64,000 nt of DNA from Alphaproteobacteria bacterium (GCA_025934695.1 JAICWS010000005.1:146206-210205), one strand, 5' to 3'. Counted from the stretch's first letter, positions 18,446-27,652 are shown. Notes: generated by a model from the sequence alone, not told the origin. A program made the numbers and translations.

Positions 18446-19246
18446 ATGAGCAAGACCTCCACCGCCCCCATGCCGGCACCCGTGCCGGAACCGGATTGGC
18501 TGAAGCAATTCGTTTCAGAAGAAGAATCCTTCCTCGTCACGAAGCACGCCCGGCTGGTCGAGGAAATCGCCGAGCGCATCAAGGCCAAAGAAGAAACCGC
18601 CAAGGCCATGCAGGACTCCCAGACCTGGAAGCAGCTGTTCATCACCAGCGGGGAAACCTTCCGCTCCTGGGTAAAACGCGCGCTCGAAGAACTGGGCATG
18701 ACCGTCGAAAACGGCCCCAAGGGGCATGCTGACCTCATCGGCCGCTACGGCGACCTGCTCGTCATGGTCGAAGCGAAAGCCATCAACGCTGCCGCGCGGA
18801 AGCCCGATATCGGACAGGCGGCGGACTATGCCGATGAAATCGAGCAGGCCCTCGAATTCACGGGCGATGAATTATCGGACCACCACCGCGAATACCTCGC
18901 CCTCATCGAAAAGCTCGGCATCTCCGCCGAGGCGCTCAAGAACGACAAGGGGTTGATGCGTAAGGTCGCGATCCTGAATACCAGCAAATCCGATCCGCTC
19001 GACAAGCGCGCTGTTCCCGCGTTCCCGGCCGCCGCCGTGGACGAAATGAAAAACCGCGCCGTCGCGGGCCTGACCGGCGTGCAACTCTTCGGCATCCTCT
19101 CCGCCTGCCGCGCCGGGCGCATCGAGAAGGGAAAAGTGCTGAAGGAGATCCTGGCGACTTCCGGCCAGTTCAAGGACTTCCAGAACTGGCAGACCTTCCT
19201 GACGCCAAAGTCGGAGTCTTACGCGGCTTATCTCGTTAATCCTTGA
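18446..19246 (+). CDS. hypothetical protein with a possible PD-(D/E)xK nuclease-like core
   Basis: The pattern HADLIGRYGDLLVMVEAKA fits D...(E)xK. N-terminal charged helix. I recognise no family. Confidence 0.55.
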   Translation: MSKTSTAPMPAPVPEPDWLKQFVSEEESFLVTKHARLVEEIAERIKAKEETAKAMQDSQTWKQLFITSGETFRSWVKRALEELGMTVENGPKGHADLIGRYGDLLVMVEAKAINAAARKPDIGQAADYADEIEQALEFTGDELSDHHREYLALIEKLGISAEALKNDKGLMRKVAILNTSKSDPLDKRAVPAFPAAAVDEMKNRAVAGLTGVQLFGILSACRAGRIEKGKVLKEILATSGQFKDFQNWQTFLTPKSESYAAYLVNP

Positions 19247-19331
19247 TGCAGGCCTAAACCATCTGCACTGCTCCGCGCGCTCTTGGCCGGTGTCCAAGCT
19301 TGTTGATCCAGAACGAAAGCAAAAGCCATCC

Positions 19332-19445
19332 CCACCCCGGACTTGTTCCGGGGTCCAAAAGCGCGTCCGCGCGTCTCATAACTGCAATAGTTGATTCATG
19401 TGACGGCCTGACGGCCTTTTGGACCCCGCAACAAGTGCGGGGTGG
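19332..19445. mobile_element. MITE-like palindromic element, copy 2 (inverted relative to copy 1)
   Basis: CCACCCCGGACTTGTTCCGGGGTCCAAAAG ... CTTTTGGACCCCGCAACAAGTGCGGGGTGG. The internal segment is colinear with the reverse complement of 6121..6222 plus about 12-14 extra bp. Confidence 0.75.
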
Positions 19446-19521
19446 AAACTTTTGCTTCATTGGGACATCACAAAACTTATAAGCTGGGTCGCTTTTCGCA
19501 CCCCCACCTCCCGCAATTCCC

Positions 19522-19550
19522 TTGACAGCCCTCCGCCCCTCCGATAAATT
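19522..19550 (+). promoter_or_regulatory. sigma70-type promoter
   Basis: TTGACA, 17 nt spacer, TAAATT. Lies upstream of the small ORF and fdxA. Confidence 0.55.
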
Positions 19551-19577
19551 ATGTCAAATAAAAAACGGAGGCCTTTC

Positions 19578-19760
19578 ATGTCTGACACGCCCGAAAAACC
19601 GCTCAGCGGCGATTTCGCCAAGGCCGCGCTGGTGATCTATGCGCCCGATACAGCATCGCAGAAAGCGGCCGAGGCCGCCAAAGAACTGGTGGAGCGCAAC
19701 GGCGGCCAGGTCGAGATCCGCAAGCAGAACCCGCCCTACAGCTATCCCGGCATTCACTGA
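19578..19760 (+). CDS. small hypothetical protein
   Basis: MSDTPEKPL... with GGAGG 7 nt upstream. 60 aa. Confidence 0.45.
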   Translation: MSDTPEKPLSGDFAKAALVIYAPDTASQKAAEAAKELVERNGGQVEIRKQNPPYSYPGIH

Positions 19761-19821
19761 ACTTGAACCCTTGCTTCGAAAGGCGTATATCACCCTTTCA
19801 AAAGAAGGGTGAAAGCCATCT

Positions 19822-20160
19822 ATGACCTACGTCGTCACCGACGTCTGCATCAAGTGCAAGTACACCGACTGCGTGGAAGTCTGCCCCGTGGACTGTTTCT
19901 ACGAGGGCGAGAACACGCTCGTCATCAACCCGGACGAATGCATTGACTGCGGCGTCTGCATTCCGGAATGCCCCATTGATGCGATCGTGACCGATATGGA
20001 CGAGCGGGCCGAGCCCTTCCTCGAGCTGAACCGACAGTACTCGACCGGCCCCTGGCCCAACATCACCAAGAAAAAGCCTGCCCTGCCCGAGGCCGAGGAA
20101 TTCAAGGACAAGAAGGGCAAGATGGATTACTTTAGCCCCGAGCCCGGCACCGGTGATTGA
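19822..20160 (+). CDS. fdxA: ferredoxin, 7Fe type ([3Fe-4S][4Fe-4S])
   Basis: [29 protein letters not shown]...[12 protein letters not shown]. Confidence 0.95.
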   Translation: MTYVVTDVCIKCKYTDCVEVCPVDCFYEGENTLVINPDECIDCGVCIPECPIDAIVTDMDERAEPFLELNRQYSTGPWPNITKKKPALPEAEEFKDKKGKMDYFSPEPGTGD

Positions 20161-20167
20161 TGATGCC

Positions 20168-20191
20168 AGCGAAGCTGCCCCTTCGCTTTTG
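20168..20191 (+). terminator. probable terminator after fdxA
   Basis: AGCGAAG-CTGCCC-CTTCGCT followed by TTTT. Confidence 0.55.
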
Positions 20192-20500
20192 GTTGGAAAA
20201 TGTTAGGTATTTCAAGGATTATTCAGCTTACTTTAATGCTGTATCTTCGCTTGCAATGAGCCGCCTCCGCCCTGTTTCGCATTCTGCCTGGTTGACGTCG
20301 CTGATAAGCATCGCCCTGAACTTGTGCATGACCTTGTTGAGCCTACCTATTGCAAACCCTCGATAAAAATATTATGGGAAATAATACCGCGAACCCTCTG
20401 CTCAGACTGCCTTTTCAGCCCCCTGGCAGAGGCGAAAAATCGATCCCGCAACACATCAATTGATAGGCCGCTGGTCTTTAACGATTTTTTAACTTTCTCC

Positions 20501-20528
20501 TTGAATTTTTATGACATTCTGCTATAGT
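20501..20528 (+). promoter_or_regulatory. sigma70-type promoter for carD
   Basis: TTGAAT, 16 nt spacer, TATAGT. Confidence 0.55.
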
Positions 20529-20621
20529 CCTTCTTAACTGGCAGAGGTGTGGCTATACCACAGATAATTCTGTCAAATACAAATGGGTGGAAATTATTCC
20601 GCTCTGTAATTGAGAGGCACA

Positions 20622-21344
20622 ATGGCAAAGATTACCAAGGCTAAAGCGAAAGCCAAAAAGCCTGTTGCGACCAAGCTTCCTCCGGCTAAAAAGACCGCAA
20701 CCGCTGTTAAAGTCACCGTTCAGGGCAAGACGACCATGAAGGTCAATCCCGCTGCCCAGAAGGCCGCGAAAGCGCCCGTGAAGGCTCCCGTTCCCGCGCC
20801 CAAGGCGAAGGCTGCCGAAGCTCCGGCGCCCGCCCCTGCCAAGAAGCCCGAGAAACTCGACTTCACCGCAGGCGATTTCGTCGTTTATCCCGCCCATGGC
20901 GTCGGCCTCGTCGAAGGCGTCGAAACCACGCAGATCGCGGGCATGGAAATCACGCTTTACACCATCTGTTTCGAAAAAGACCGTATGCGCCTGAAATTGC
21001 CGGTTTCGAAGGTGAAATCCTCGGGCCTGCGCAAGCTGTCGTCGAAAGACCGCCTGAAGGATGCTCTGGGCACCCTGCAGGGCCGCAGCCAGGTCAAGCG
21101 CGTCATGTGGTCCCGCCGCGCGCAGGAATACGAAGCAAAAATCAACTCGGGCGACCCGGTCGCCATCGCCGAAGTTCTGCGCGACCTGCGCAAGGACACC
21201 GACGAAGCCGAGCAGTCCTACAGCGAGCGCCAGATCTACCAGGCGGCGCTGGAGCGCCTGGCCCGCGAAGTCGCCGCGATCGAGAAAATCGACGAAAAGA
21301 AAGCCGCCGAGAAACTGGAAGCGGTTCTCTCCAACGTCGCTTAA
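20622..21344 (+). CDS. carD: CarD/CdnL-family transcriptional regulator with an ~85-aa Lys/Ala/Pro-rich N-terminal extension
   Basis: FTAGDFVVYPAHGVGLVEGVE...RMRLKLPVSK...MWSRRAQEYEAKINSGD. The N-terminus is AKAKAKKPVATKLPPAKK... Confidence 0.9.
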   Translation: MAKITKAKAKAKKPVATKLPPAKKTATAVKVTVQGKTTMKVNPAAQKAAKAPVKAPVPAPKAKAAEAPAPAPAKKPEKLDFTAGDFVVYPAHGVGLVEGVETTQIAGMEITLYTICFEKDRMRLKLPVSKVKSSGLRKLSSKDRLKDALGTLQGRSQVKRVMWSRRAQEYEAKINSGDPVAIAEVLRDLRKDTDEAEQSYSERQIYQAALERLAREVAAIEKIDEKKAAEKLEAVLSNVA

Positions 21345-21364
21345 GACATTGAACATCCGTAAAA

Positions 21365-21395
21365 GGGGCGGTCCCGCAAAGGACCGCCTTTTTTA
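21365..21395 (+). terminator. rho-independent terminator after carD
   Basis: GGCGGTCC-CGCAAA-GGACCGCC followed by TTTTTT. Confidence 0.85.
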
Positions 21396-21423
21396 TTGCT
21401 CAAATTCAACTTGCCATAAAAAT

Positions 21424-21452
21424 TTGACATAACCTGAAAACAGGTTTATAAG
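21424..21452 (+). promoter_or_regulatory. sigma70-type promoter (TTGACATAA core)
   Basis: TTGACA, 17 nt spacer, TATAAG. About 145-nt leader to the ATG at 21605. Confidence 0.55.
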
Positions 21453-21604
21453 TCCCTACCAATGAGCGCGCCGGATCGATTTCGATTCCGCAGCCATCGC
21501 ATGCCGCGGCTGACGCATCAGGAGAGAGTTTCCGCTCCACGCTCAAAATGCACAGGTACGAAATCAGTTTTAGCGGCCGCGCGCCGCAAGAAGGGAAGAG
21601 AAAC

Positions 21605-22045
21605 ATGTCATGGAAAGCTAAAGCGCTCTGCGCCGCATTCGGCCTCGCCGTCCTCGGGGGCACCGGCCTTTACGTGAAAGACATGGCCTATGACTATTCC
21701 GACGGCACCCGCACCGGCACCGTCTTCAAGCTCTCCCACAAGGGCGTCCTTTGCAAGACCTGGGAAGGCCAGATGAACATGGACGGCTTCGGCGCGGTCG
21801 ACGGCCAGCGCGGCCAGGTGACGTCGGCGTTCGACTTCACCGTGATGAACAAGGATCTGCTGCCGAAATTCGAGGAAGCCGAGCGCACGCATGAGCGCGT
21901 GGAAATCACCTACCGCCAGGTGAAATGGAAACTGTCCTGCCTCCAGGAAAGCGATTACGTTGCGACCGACGTCAAGAAGGTCGATGGACAGGGCAATGCC
22001 ATCCCCTTCATCATCGCCCTTCCCCCGCAAGGTCCCAAGAGATAA
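21605..22045 (+). CDS. hypothetical membrane-anchored protein
   Basis: MSWKAKALCAAFGLAVLGGTGLYV anchor. GGGAAGAG Shine-Dalgarno. Confidence 0.6.
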   Translation: MSWKAKALCAAFGLAVLGGTGLYVKDMAYDYSDGTRTGTVFKLSHKGVLCKTWEGQMNMDGFGAVDGQRGQVTSAFDFTVMNKDLLPKFEEAERTHERVEITYRQVKWKLSCLQESDYVATDVKKVDGQGNAIPFIIALPPQGPKR

Positions 22046-22063
22046 CGAAAGGCACTTACCATC

Positions 22064-22435
22064 ATGACTGACAAAAACGAGTGGAAGGTCCTGTCCTTCC
22101 GCGACGCCGAAGACGTTCCCGCATCCTCCACCGAAAGCCGCAGCGCGCATATCCGCGCCCGCGCGACGGATAAGTTCGGGCTTAACGACGGCGACTTCAA
22201 TGCCGCGAACATGCCCGCCTATCCCGGCACGGTGAACCTGCGCGACATCGAAAACGGCGGCACCGTGACGCTGCATGTGTTCGACGTGCAGATCACAAAA
22301 GCGGCGGCGGAACGCCTCGCGTCACGCCATCATCCTGATGTGATGCTGATCAGCGACGTCGTCGAGCGGGCGCAACCTGCCCTTGGTGCCTTTGATCCGC
22401 GCCGCCTGCCGAAAGGCCCGAAGATCAAATATTAA
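22064..22435 (+). CDS. hypothetical protein
   Basis: 123-aa ORF with high GC3, 19 nt after the previous gene. Confidence 0.55.
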   Translation: MTDKNEWKVLSFRDAEDVPASSTESRSAHIRARATDKFGLNDGDFNAANMPAYPGTVNLRDIENGGTVTLHVFDVQITKAAAERLASRHHPDVMLISDVVERAQPALGAFDPRRLPKGPKIKY

Positions 22436-22737
22436 TAGTTTTCCTGGACCCAGCTGGGCTTGGGCGGCGCCATGCCGATGAAGATGTTCTTGTTGGCATA
22501 GGCGTCCTTCGATCGCTTGGGCGAGGGCGAAGGCGATCCCGCGAGGGCCGAGCCGGAGCTGTTTGCCGGTTCGGCTTGGTCGTTTTCCTTGCTGACGGGC
22601 GTACCGGCTTCGCCGGACATGAAAATGCTGAAGCCAATGGACGAGGCCGGGTCGGCCATACCGGCCCCGATGCCAATGCCCGTTGACGTCACGTCGACGG
22701 TTTCCCAATCGTCCACATTAAAGAATTTCGACTGCAT
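22432..22737 (-). CDS. hypothetical Gly/Ser/Pro-rich protein
   Basis: High GC3. A perfect TATAAT lies 6 nt upstream of the ATG, so the mRNA may be leaderless. Confidence 0.5.
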   Translation of the reverse strand: MQSKFFNVDDWETVDVTSTGIGIGAGMADPASSIGFSIFMSGEAGTPVSKENDQAEPANSSGSALAGSPSPSPKRSKDAYANKNIFIGMAPPKPSWVQENY

Positions 22738-22743
22738 ATTAGT

Positions 22744-22772
22744 ATTATACCCTATATTACGAAAATTGTCGC
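22744..22772 (-). promoter_or_regulatory. sigma70-type promoter, apparently leaderless transcript
   Basis: Minus strand reads GCGACA, 17 nt spacer, TATAAT, then ACTAAT and the ATG. Confidence 0.5.
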
Positions 22773-22802
22773 TTAAACAATTTCCTTCATAGTTTCAGTA
22801 TC

Positions 22803-23264
22803 TTATTTACTTGAAACCGGCTTCCAATCGTCGGCACGTTGCTTGATCGCGGCAATCTGCGCGTCGGTCAGGTGGCGCGCGGTTTCATCGAGGTCCACGG
22901 CATAGGCGGCGGGGCCTGCCCGGGATGCCAGGGTGAACCAGAAATAAGCGTCCTCGTAACTCTGCTGGGGCACGCCTTTGCCGCGATAATAGAGATCGCC
23001 AAGACGATACTGCGCCTCGGCATTGCCCTGGTCGGCTGCCTTGCGATACCAGATCGCCGCCATGGTGAAATCGGGCGCCGCGTTTTGCGGCGTCGCATAA
23101 TAATTGCCGAGATTGAGCTGCGCATTGCTGTCGCCCTGCAGCGCAAGGTTCTGCATCGTCGGAACATCCGAGGGCGCCTGCGACAGCTGCGCCCATGCCG
23201 GCATGGCGATAAGCAGCCCCAGGAGCGCGATAAAAAGGAAGCCTATGTCGGCGCTGTTTCTCAT
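22803..23264 (-). CDS. Sel1-like repeat (SLR/TPR-family) exported protein
   Basis: Signal peptide. AQLNLGNYY...AAIWYRKAADQGNAEAQYRLGDLYYRGKGVPQ. Confidence 0.8.
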   Translation of the reverse strand: MRNSADIGFLFIALLGLLIAMPAWAQLSQAPSDVPTMQNLALQGDSNAQLNLGNYYATPQNAAPDFTMAAIWYRKAADQGNAEAQYRLGDLYYRGKGVPQQSYEDAYFWFTLASRAGPAAYAVDLDETARHLTDAQIAAIKQRADDWKPVSSK

Positions 23265-24295
23265 GGCGCGGGCGGCGCGGGTTTTTGCAGCAGCTTCTTC
23301 ATCTGCGCATCATAGGCATCGGCGAGTGATTTTTCATCACCATAGGAAACCTTTACCTTGTTCAGCGCCTCGGGGTGCTGTACCGCCCAGTCGTGGGTGC
23401 GTTTGATCGCCTCTTTCAGGTCCACGGGTTCGGTGAACCCGGTGTCGAGGCGGAACCTGGAACAATCCATGACGAAATTGCGCGGATGCTCATCGTTTGC
23501 GCCGCCGAGCGCCTCGGGCGGGACGATGCGGAATTTGAAGGTATGCCCGGCGTTTTCGGCATACAGCTCGGCCCAGCGGCGCTGCGTGCGCACCTCTTCC
23601 TCGCCGAGATTGTAAACCTGCCCTTTGACCTCGGGACGCCCGAAGCTGTGCACCACCGCGGCGGCGACATTCTCGACGTAGCCGTAGGTGAAAATCTGCG
23701 CCTGCTCAGTCGCCGACATGACGATCTCGGGCTTGCTGTCGACGATATGCCGGATAATGCGGCCGTGGCGGTAGGCATATTGCGGATCCCCGGGACCGTA
23801 GACCATCGGCACGCGAAATACGGTTGCCTCGATCTTGCCGGTTTTATGCGCATCAAGCAGCGCGCTTGTCATGAGGTTCTTGTCGTAGTCGGGCAGCCCG
23901 AAGGATTTCAAATAGTGCTGCGTCCTGCTGGTCTCGGATGTCTCGCGCACGGGCTGGTCGGCCTCTTCCCCGCGGTTGAGGCGCTGGAAGGCTTCATAGC
24001 TGTCGGCCGAGCTGAGCGCGATGACATGCGCCTTCGTGCCTTCGAACACGGAGACGAGGTCGTTCGCCTGGCGCTCGTTATAAGCGATGCAGTGGACGAC
24101 GACATCGGGCTTGGCAGCCAGAAGGTCGGCCTTGAATGCCTTGAGGTCTTTCGCATCGCCATTGATGACATCGTAAGGCGCGGAAGGATTACGCAGCCCG
24201 CGGTTGAAGAGCACCACTTCGTGCCCCGCAGCCGCGGCTTTTTCCGCGATCTGCCCGCTGATGAAACCGGTGCCGCCGATAATCAGGACTTTCAT
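23261..24295 (-). CDS. NAD-dependent epimerase/dehydratase family protein
   Basis: MKVLIIGGTGFISGQIAEK Rossmann motif. Stop overlaps the Sel1 gene start. Confidence 0.85.
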   Translation of the reverse strand: MKVLIIGGTGFISGQIAEKAAAAGHEVVLFNRGLRNPSAPYDVINGDAKDLKAFKADLLAAKPDVVVHCIAYNERQANDLVSVFEGTKAHVIALSSADSYEAFQRLNRGEEADQPVRETSETSRTQHYLKSFGLPDYDKNLMTSALLDAHKTGKIEATVFRVPMVYGPGDPQYAYRHGRIIRHIVDSKPEIVMSATEQAQIFTYGYVENVAAAVVHSFGRPEVKGQVYNLGEEEVRTQRRWAELYAENAGHTFKFRIVPPEALGGANDEHPRNFVMDCSRFRLDTGFTEPVDLKEAIKRTHDWAVQHPEALNKVKVSYGDEKSLADAYDAQMKKLLQKPAPPAP

Positions 24296-24398
24296 ATGCG
24301 CTCCCGCCAATGTGTTCGGATGCGCAAACCATAATCAAGGCCGCGTCCCCTGTCAAACTGCCAAAAGGAACGGTCCGGCGGTCAGCCCGGACGGTGCA

Positions 24399-24989
24399 TC
24401 ACTTGGAACCGTAAGCCTTGAAAGGCTCGATCGTCGGCTGCCAGGTGGCCGCCTGCTTCTGAATGATGGCGGCGAGCTCAGGCGGGATATCCTGCTCGAC
24501 TTTCTTGCGGGCGGCGATACGCTCGGGGTTCTTGCCCTCGGATAGCAGCATCCATTTGTAAGTGGAGCTTTTGCCGCCCTGCGCGATGCCCTGCAACTGA
24601 AGCTGGGCCGTCTCCCACTGCGCCTCGGGAACGCCCTGGTTGGCCGCGCGCAGGAACCATGTCGCGGCCTTCTTCTCGTCCTTCGCCACGCCGACCCCGT
24701 TGAGCAGGAGCACGCCCAGCTCGTATTGCGCGACGCGATTGCCTTCATAGGCCTGCACGATGACCGAATGAACGTCTTTCGGCTTCGCGATTTGCGGCGC
24801 AGCCGTTGCCGTGCTAGCCGGCGCTGCGGACTTCTGCTTGGCTTCCAGCATGTCGTCATTATTGGCGTTGGACGAAACGCTGGGCGGCGTCAGTCCCGGC
24901 AGCACTTCCGTCTCGTCCTGCGCGTGGGCGGCAACCATGGCGGCCGTCAGGAATACAATCGCAAGGCATACGGGAACAATGGTGCGCAT
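24399..24989 (-). CDS. Sel1-like repeat exported protein
   Basis: Signal peptide MRTIVPVCLAIVFLTAAMVAAHA. AQYELGVLLLNGVGVAKDEKKAATWFLRAANQGVPEAQ. Confidence 0.75.
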   Translation of the reverse strand: MRTIVPVCLAIVFLTAAMVAAHAQDETEVLPGLTPPSVSSNANNDDMLEAKQKSAAPASTATAAPQIAKPKDVHSVIVQAYEGNRVAQYELGVLLLNGVGVAKDEKKAATWFLRAANQGVPEAQWETAQLQLQGIAQGGKSSTYKWMLLSEGKNPERIAARKKVEQDIPPELAAIIQKQAATWQPTIEPFKAYGSK

Positions 24990-25119
24990 GGGGCAAATCC
25001 TTCTATCTTGGAGGCGCACGAAATTGCGCCCCGAAAAAAAAGCAGGCCCATTATATCCATGTTCCGTTAAAATTGTAAAATGCGTCCCCGCGGCTTAAAC
25101 CGGGTGACATAACACGTCT

Positions 25120-25806
25120 TCAGCGCTTCCAGGAGCCGTGGTGGCGGTGGGCCAGCTTCAGGCGTTTCATGGTCACTGCCTCCGGCAGCCCCTCGGTAAA
25201 GAGCGATATCTGCGCGGCCCGTTCCTCGCGGCGCCGCTTTTCCTCGGCCAGGATCATGTCGGCCTCGGCCTTGTAGCCGAAACGGCGCGCCAATGCCTCG
25301 GCGGTGGAACCCTTGTTGTCGGTGATGTCGGTGCGCACGCCGCGCTCCAACAATAATTTGATGAGTTCCTTCTTCTTTTTCGACATCGGGTGCTTGTGGT
25401 CGTTGTTGTTGCGGTGGGACACCCCGTGATGCAGGACGGTGCGCCCCTGCAGGTCCATAAAGCCCATATCGGCGCCGCGGTCGATCAGCATCTGCACGAT
25501 AGCCTTGAACCCGCTGCGCGCGGCAATCATTACGGCCGTGACGCCGTCGCCGTCCGGCGCATCGATGTCGGCGCCCGCTTTCACAAGCAGGTGGATGGCG
25601 CCGCTATGGCCCACGCGCACGGCGTTGATGAGCGCCGTCCGGTCTTCCTTGTCGCGGACATGCAAAAGACCGGGACCGTGCTTGTCGATCATCTCCATGA
25701 GGGCAACGTTCGAGCCGTGCGCCGCGATCTCCATGAAATCCGCGATGACTTCGGGCGTGATGCCGCCCGCGGCGGCGTTGAAGGTTGCGGCGTTGGCGTT
25801 ATTCAT
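25120..25806 (-). CDS. ankyrin-repeat protein (third gene of the ANK operon)
   Basis: RTALINAVRVGHSGAIHLLVKAGADIDAPDGDGVTAVMIAARSG... Tail is VTMKRLKLAHRHHGSWKR. Confidence 0.85.
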   Translation of the reverse strand: MNNANAATFNAAAGGITPEVIADFMEIAAHGSNVALMEMIDKHGPGLLHVRDKEDRTALINAVRVGHSGAIHLLVKAGADIDAPDGDGVTAVMIAARSGFKAIVQMLIDRGADMGFMDLQGRTVLHHGVSHRNNNDHKHPMSKKKKELIKLLLERGVRTDITDNKGSTAEALARRFGYKAEADMILAEEKRRREERAAQISLFTEGLPEAVTMKRLKLAHRHHGSWKR

Positions 25807-26339
25807 GCGCTTCCCCCTTTGAGGCGAAACTTCGCCGACCGCGCGTTCGCGCGCATGTGCTCGCGGAAATTTTCCGCGCTGAGATCGAGAGCCGCCTGTT
25901 CGGCGCGCACGTGCGCTGCCTGCGCCTCCGCCCGCGTCCGGATTGCCTCGTCCAGCAGTGCGGCCGTGAGCGCCATGCCGGCCGCGCGGGCGCTGTCCGC
26001 CGCATTCCGTCCCTTTTCGTCTGTCGCAAAGATATCGGCGCCGCGCTTTATCAGCGTCTCGGTGGCGGACATATTGCCGCGCGCGGCAGCGATGATCAGC
26101 GGCGTCTGGCCGTGCATGTCGCGCGCCTCAATCTTCGCGCCGTGCGCCAGCAACGTCTCGATGGACTCCGTCTGGCCGCTGCGCGCTGCCCACATAAGGG
26201 CGGTATAGGCCATCGGCTCGCCCTTCGTGACTTCCAGCGCGCCGGGATATTTCTGAATGAAGGCGTCGAGCCCCGGCATGTCGCCGTCCCAGGCGGCATT
26301 CATGAAATGCTTGATATCGTCGAAAGGCGGCAGGGTCAT
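25803..26339 (-). CDS. ankyrin-repeat protein (second gene of the ANK operon)
   Basis: YTALMWAARSGQTESIETLLAHGAKIEARDMHGQTPLIIAAARG. ATGA overlaps at both ends. Confidence 0.85.
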   Translation of the reverse strand: MTLPPFDDIKHFMNAAWDGDMPGLDAFIQKYPGALEVTKGEPMAYTALMWAARSGQTESIETLLAHGAKIEARDMHGQTPLIIAAARGNMSATETLIKRGADIFATDEKGRNAADSARAAGMALTAALLDEAIRTRAEAQAAHVRAEQAALDLSAENFREHMRANARSAKFRLKGGSA

Positions 26340-26812
26340 GACCCTGCCTTCCTGAGGTGGATGCGCCGGCGCACCTTCACCTCAGTCTTCAGTTTCCAGT
26401 GGCGGTCCCGGTGATCCTCGGTTTCCTTTTTGAGCAGGGCGGACACGATCTTGTGTCCCTGTTCTTCCGCCAGGCGTTGCGCCGTGTTGCCGTCGGCATC
26501 GGTGAGTTCGAGGTTGGCGCCGCTGGCGAGGAGTAGCGCCACAGTCGCCTTATGGCCGTTGGCGGCCGCGACATGCAGGGGCGTTGCGCCGCGGCGATCG
26601 CGGTCATTCGCGTCCGCGCCGTGCTCGATGAAAAATTTCAGGACGTCGCCCTGCCCCCGCTTCGCGGCGTAATGCAGGAACGACCAGCCGTTAGTGAAGG
26701 AACGCGTCACCTCGATGATGGACTTCATTTCGTATTTGGAGACAAAAAACGTCAGCGCGGACATGTCCACGGCCTGTACCGCCTCGGCGATTGGCTTGAG
26801 GTCGTAGCTCAT
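26336..26812 (-). CDS. ankyrin-repeat protein (first gene of the ANK operon)
   Basis: WSFLHYAAKRGQGDVLKFFIEHGADANDRDRRGATPLHVAAANGH. Start chosen at MSYDLKP (GAAGGG Shine-Dalgarno). ATG 26860 and TTG 26908 are alternatives. Confidence 0.78.
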   Translation of the reverse strand: MSYDLKPIAEAVQAVDMSALTFFVSKYEMKSIIEVTRSFTNGWSFLHYAAKRGQGDVLKFFIEHGADANDRDRRGATPLHVAAANGHKATVALLLASGANLELTDADGNTAQRLAEEQGHKIVSALLKKETEDHRDRHWKLKTEVKVRRRIHLRKAGS

Positions 26813-26920
26813 GATGCCCTTCTGCTTCGGCAAGTCCGTGCCGCGCAGCTTCCTGGACATATGTTTAAATGCCGACTTCAGCACTTTCACGCAGACCTCA
26901 AAAAACAAAATAATTCAAAG

Positions 26921-26949
26921 ACACTAGCAAATTTGAAATATTATGTCAA
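26921..26949 (-). promoter_or_regulatory. sigma70-type promoter of the ANK operon (TTGACATAATATT core)
   Basis: Minus strand reads TTGACA, 17 nt spacer, TAGTGT. Confidence 0.55.
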
Positions 26950-27009
26950 TTTAATAGTTCGCGCATATCTGCACTGTATGCCTTTGTATCAACAAGTTTT
27001 TTGGAAATT

Positions 27010-27456
27010 TTATCGCGACCGGAGGGCGGGTGCCGATGGTTTTTTCGCCAGGGCGGCGGCCAGCTGCTGCTGCACCCGCTCATCCAGCGCGACCCAGATC
27101 ACCGCGCCCGACGGATGATCATAAGGGATAGGCTTTTCGAGACGCCGCGCCTCGGTCATGACCCAAGCCGTATTCCAGCGCGCGCCCTCGCCCTTGCCGA
27201 TCTCTTCGGCCGGGATGCGGTGACGCACCTGGTTAAAAGCCATCTGGGCGTGGCTGAATGGGCCCTTCACATCGCTCAGGTTCGCAACCCCGATGATCTG
27301 CCCGCTGCCGGCGGCAATCAGCGCCACGGGCCCGCGGATCTTGGTCGCGCTTGTGCGCATTTCCCAATCCTTGCTACCGTCGAGGATCATGCTGATCCAC
27401 GGCTCCCGGATAATAAGACCACGTGTGATCAGGCTTGCCTGCTGCTTGTGTTTCAT
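27010..27456 (-). CDS. ASCH (PUA-like) domain protein
   Basis: LIIREPWISMILDGSKDWEMRTSATKIRGPVALIAAGSGQIIG fits the ASCH fold pattern. Confidence 0.6.
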   Translation of the reverse strand: MKHKQQASLITRGLIIREPWISMILDGSKDWEMRTSATKIRGPVALIAAGSGQIIGVANLSDVKGPFSHAQMAFNQVRHRIPAEEIGKGEGARWNTAWVMTEARRLEKPIPYDHPSGAVIWVALDERVQQQLAAALAKKPSAPALRSR

Positions 27457-27463
27457 AACCTGT

Positions 27464-27492
27464 TTTATAGGCTGGCTATATATTATGGTCAA
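27464..27492 (-). promoter_or_regulatory. sigma70-type promoter, apparently leaderless transcript
   Basis: Minus strand reads TTGACC(ATAAT), 17 nt spacer, TATAAA, then 7 nt to the ATG at 27456. Confidence 0.5.
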
Positions 27493-27652
27493 CGCGAATC
27501 CGCCGCCCAAGCCGGTTTACGGTTCTCTCATTTATGTCGCGGAAAAGCATCGTAAAATCAGAGAGTCAGCCTATCCCACCCGTTCTTTAACATAATTTTA
27601 ATGGTTTACAGATAGTATATTCTCAGTAGTTTCCATGTTGGGGTAGGGCTTC

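Noticed and set aside
20195-20500. A ~300-bp AT-richer spacer between fdxA and carD: possible gene remnant or sRNA.
   Set aside because: Minus-strand translations (for example ..RLNKVMHKFRAMLISDVNQAECETGRRRLIASEDTALK*) are interrupted by stops and match nothing I recognise. I saw no convincing promoter-plus-terminator pair apart from the carD promoter.
21460-21604. The ~145-nt leader upstream of the 21605 gene as a third copy of the structured RNA.
   Set aside because: It shares only the promoter core and a short CGGCTGACG string. There is no colinear similarity and no CCUCC hairpin.
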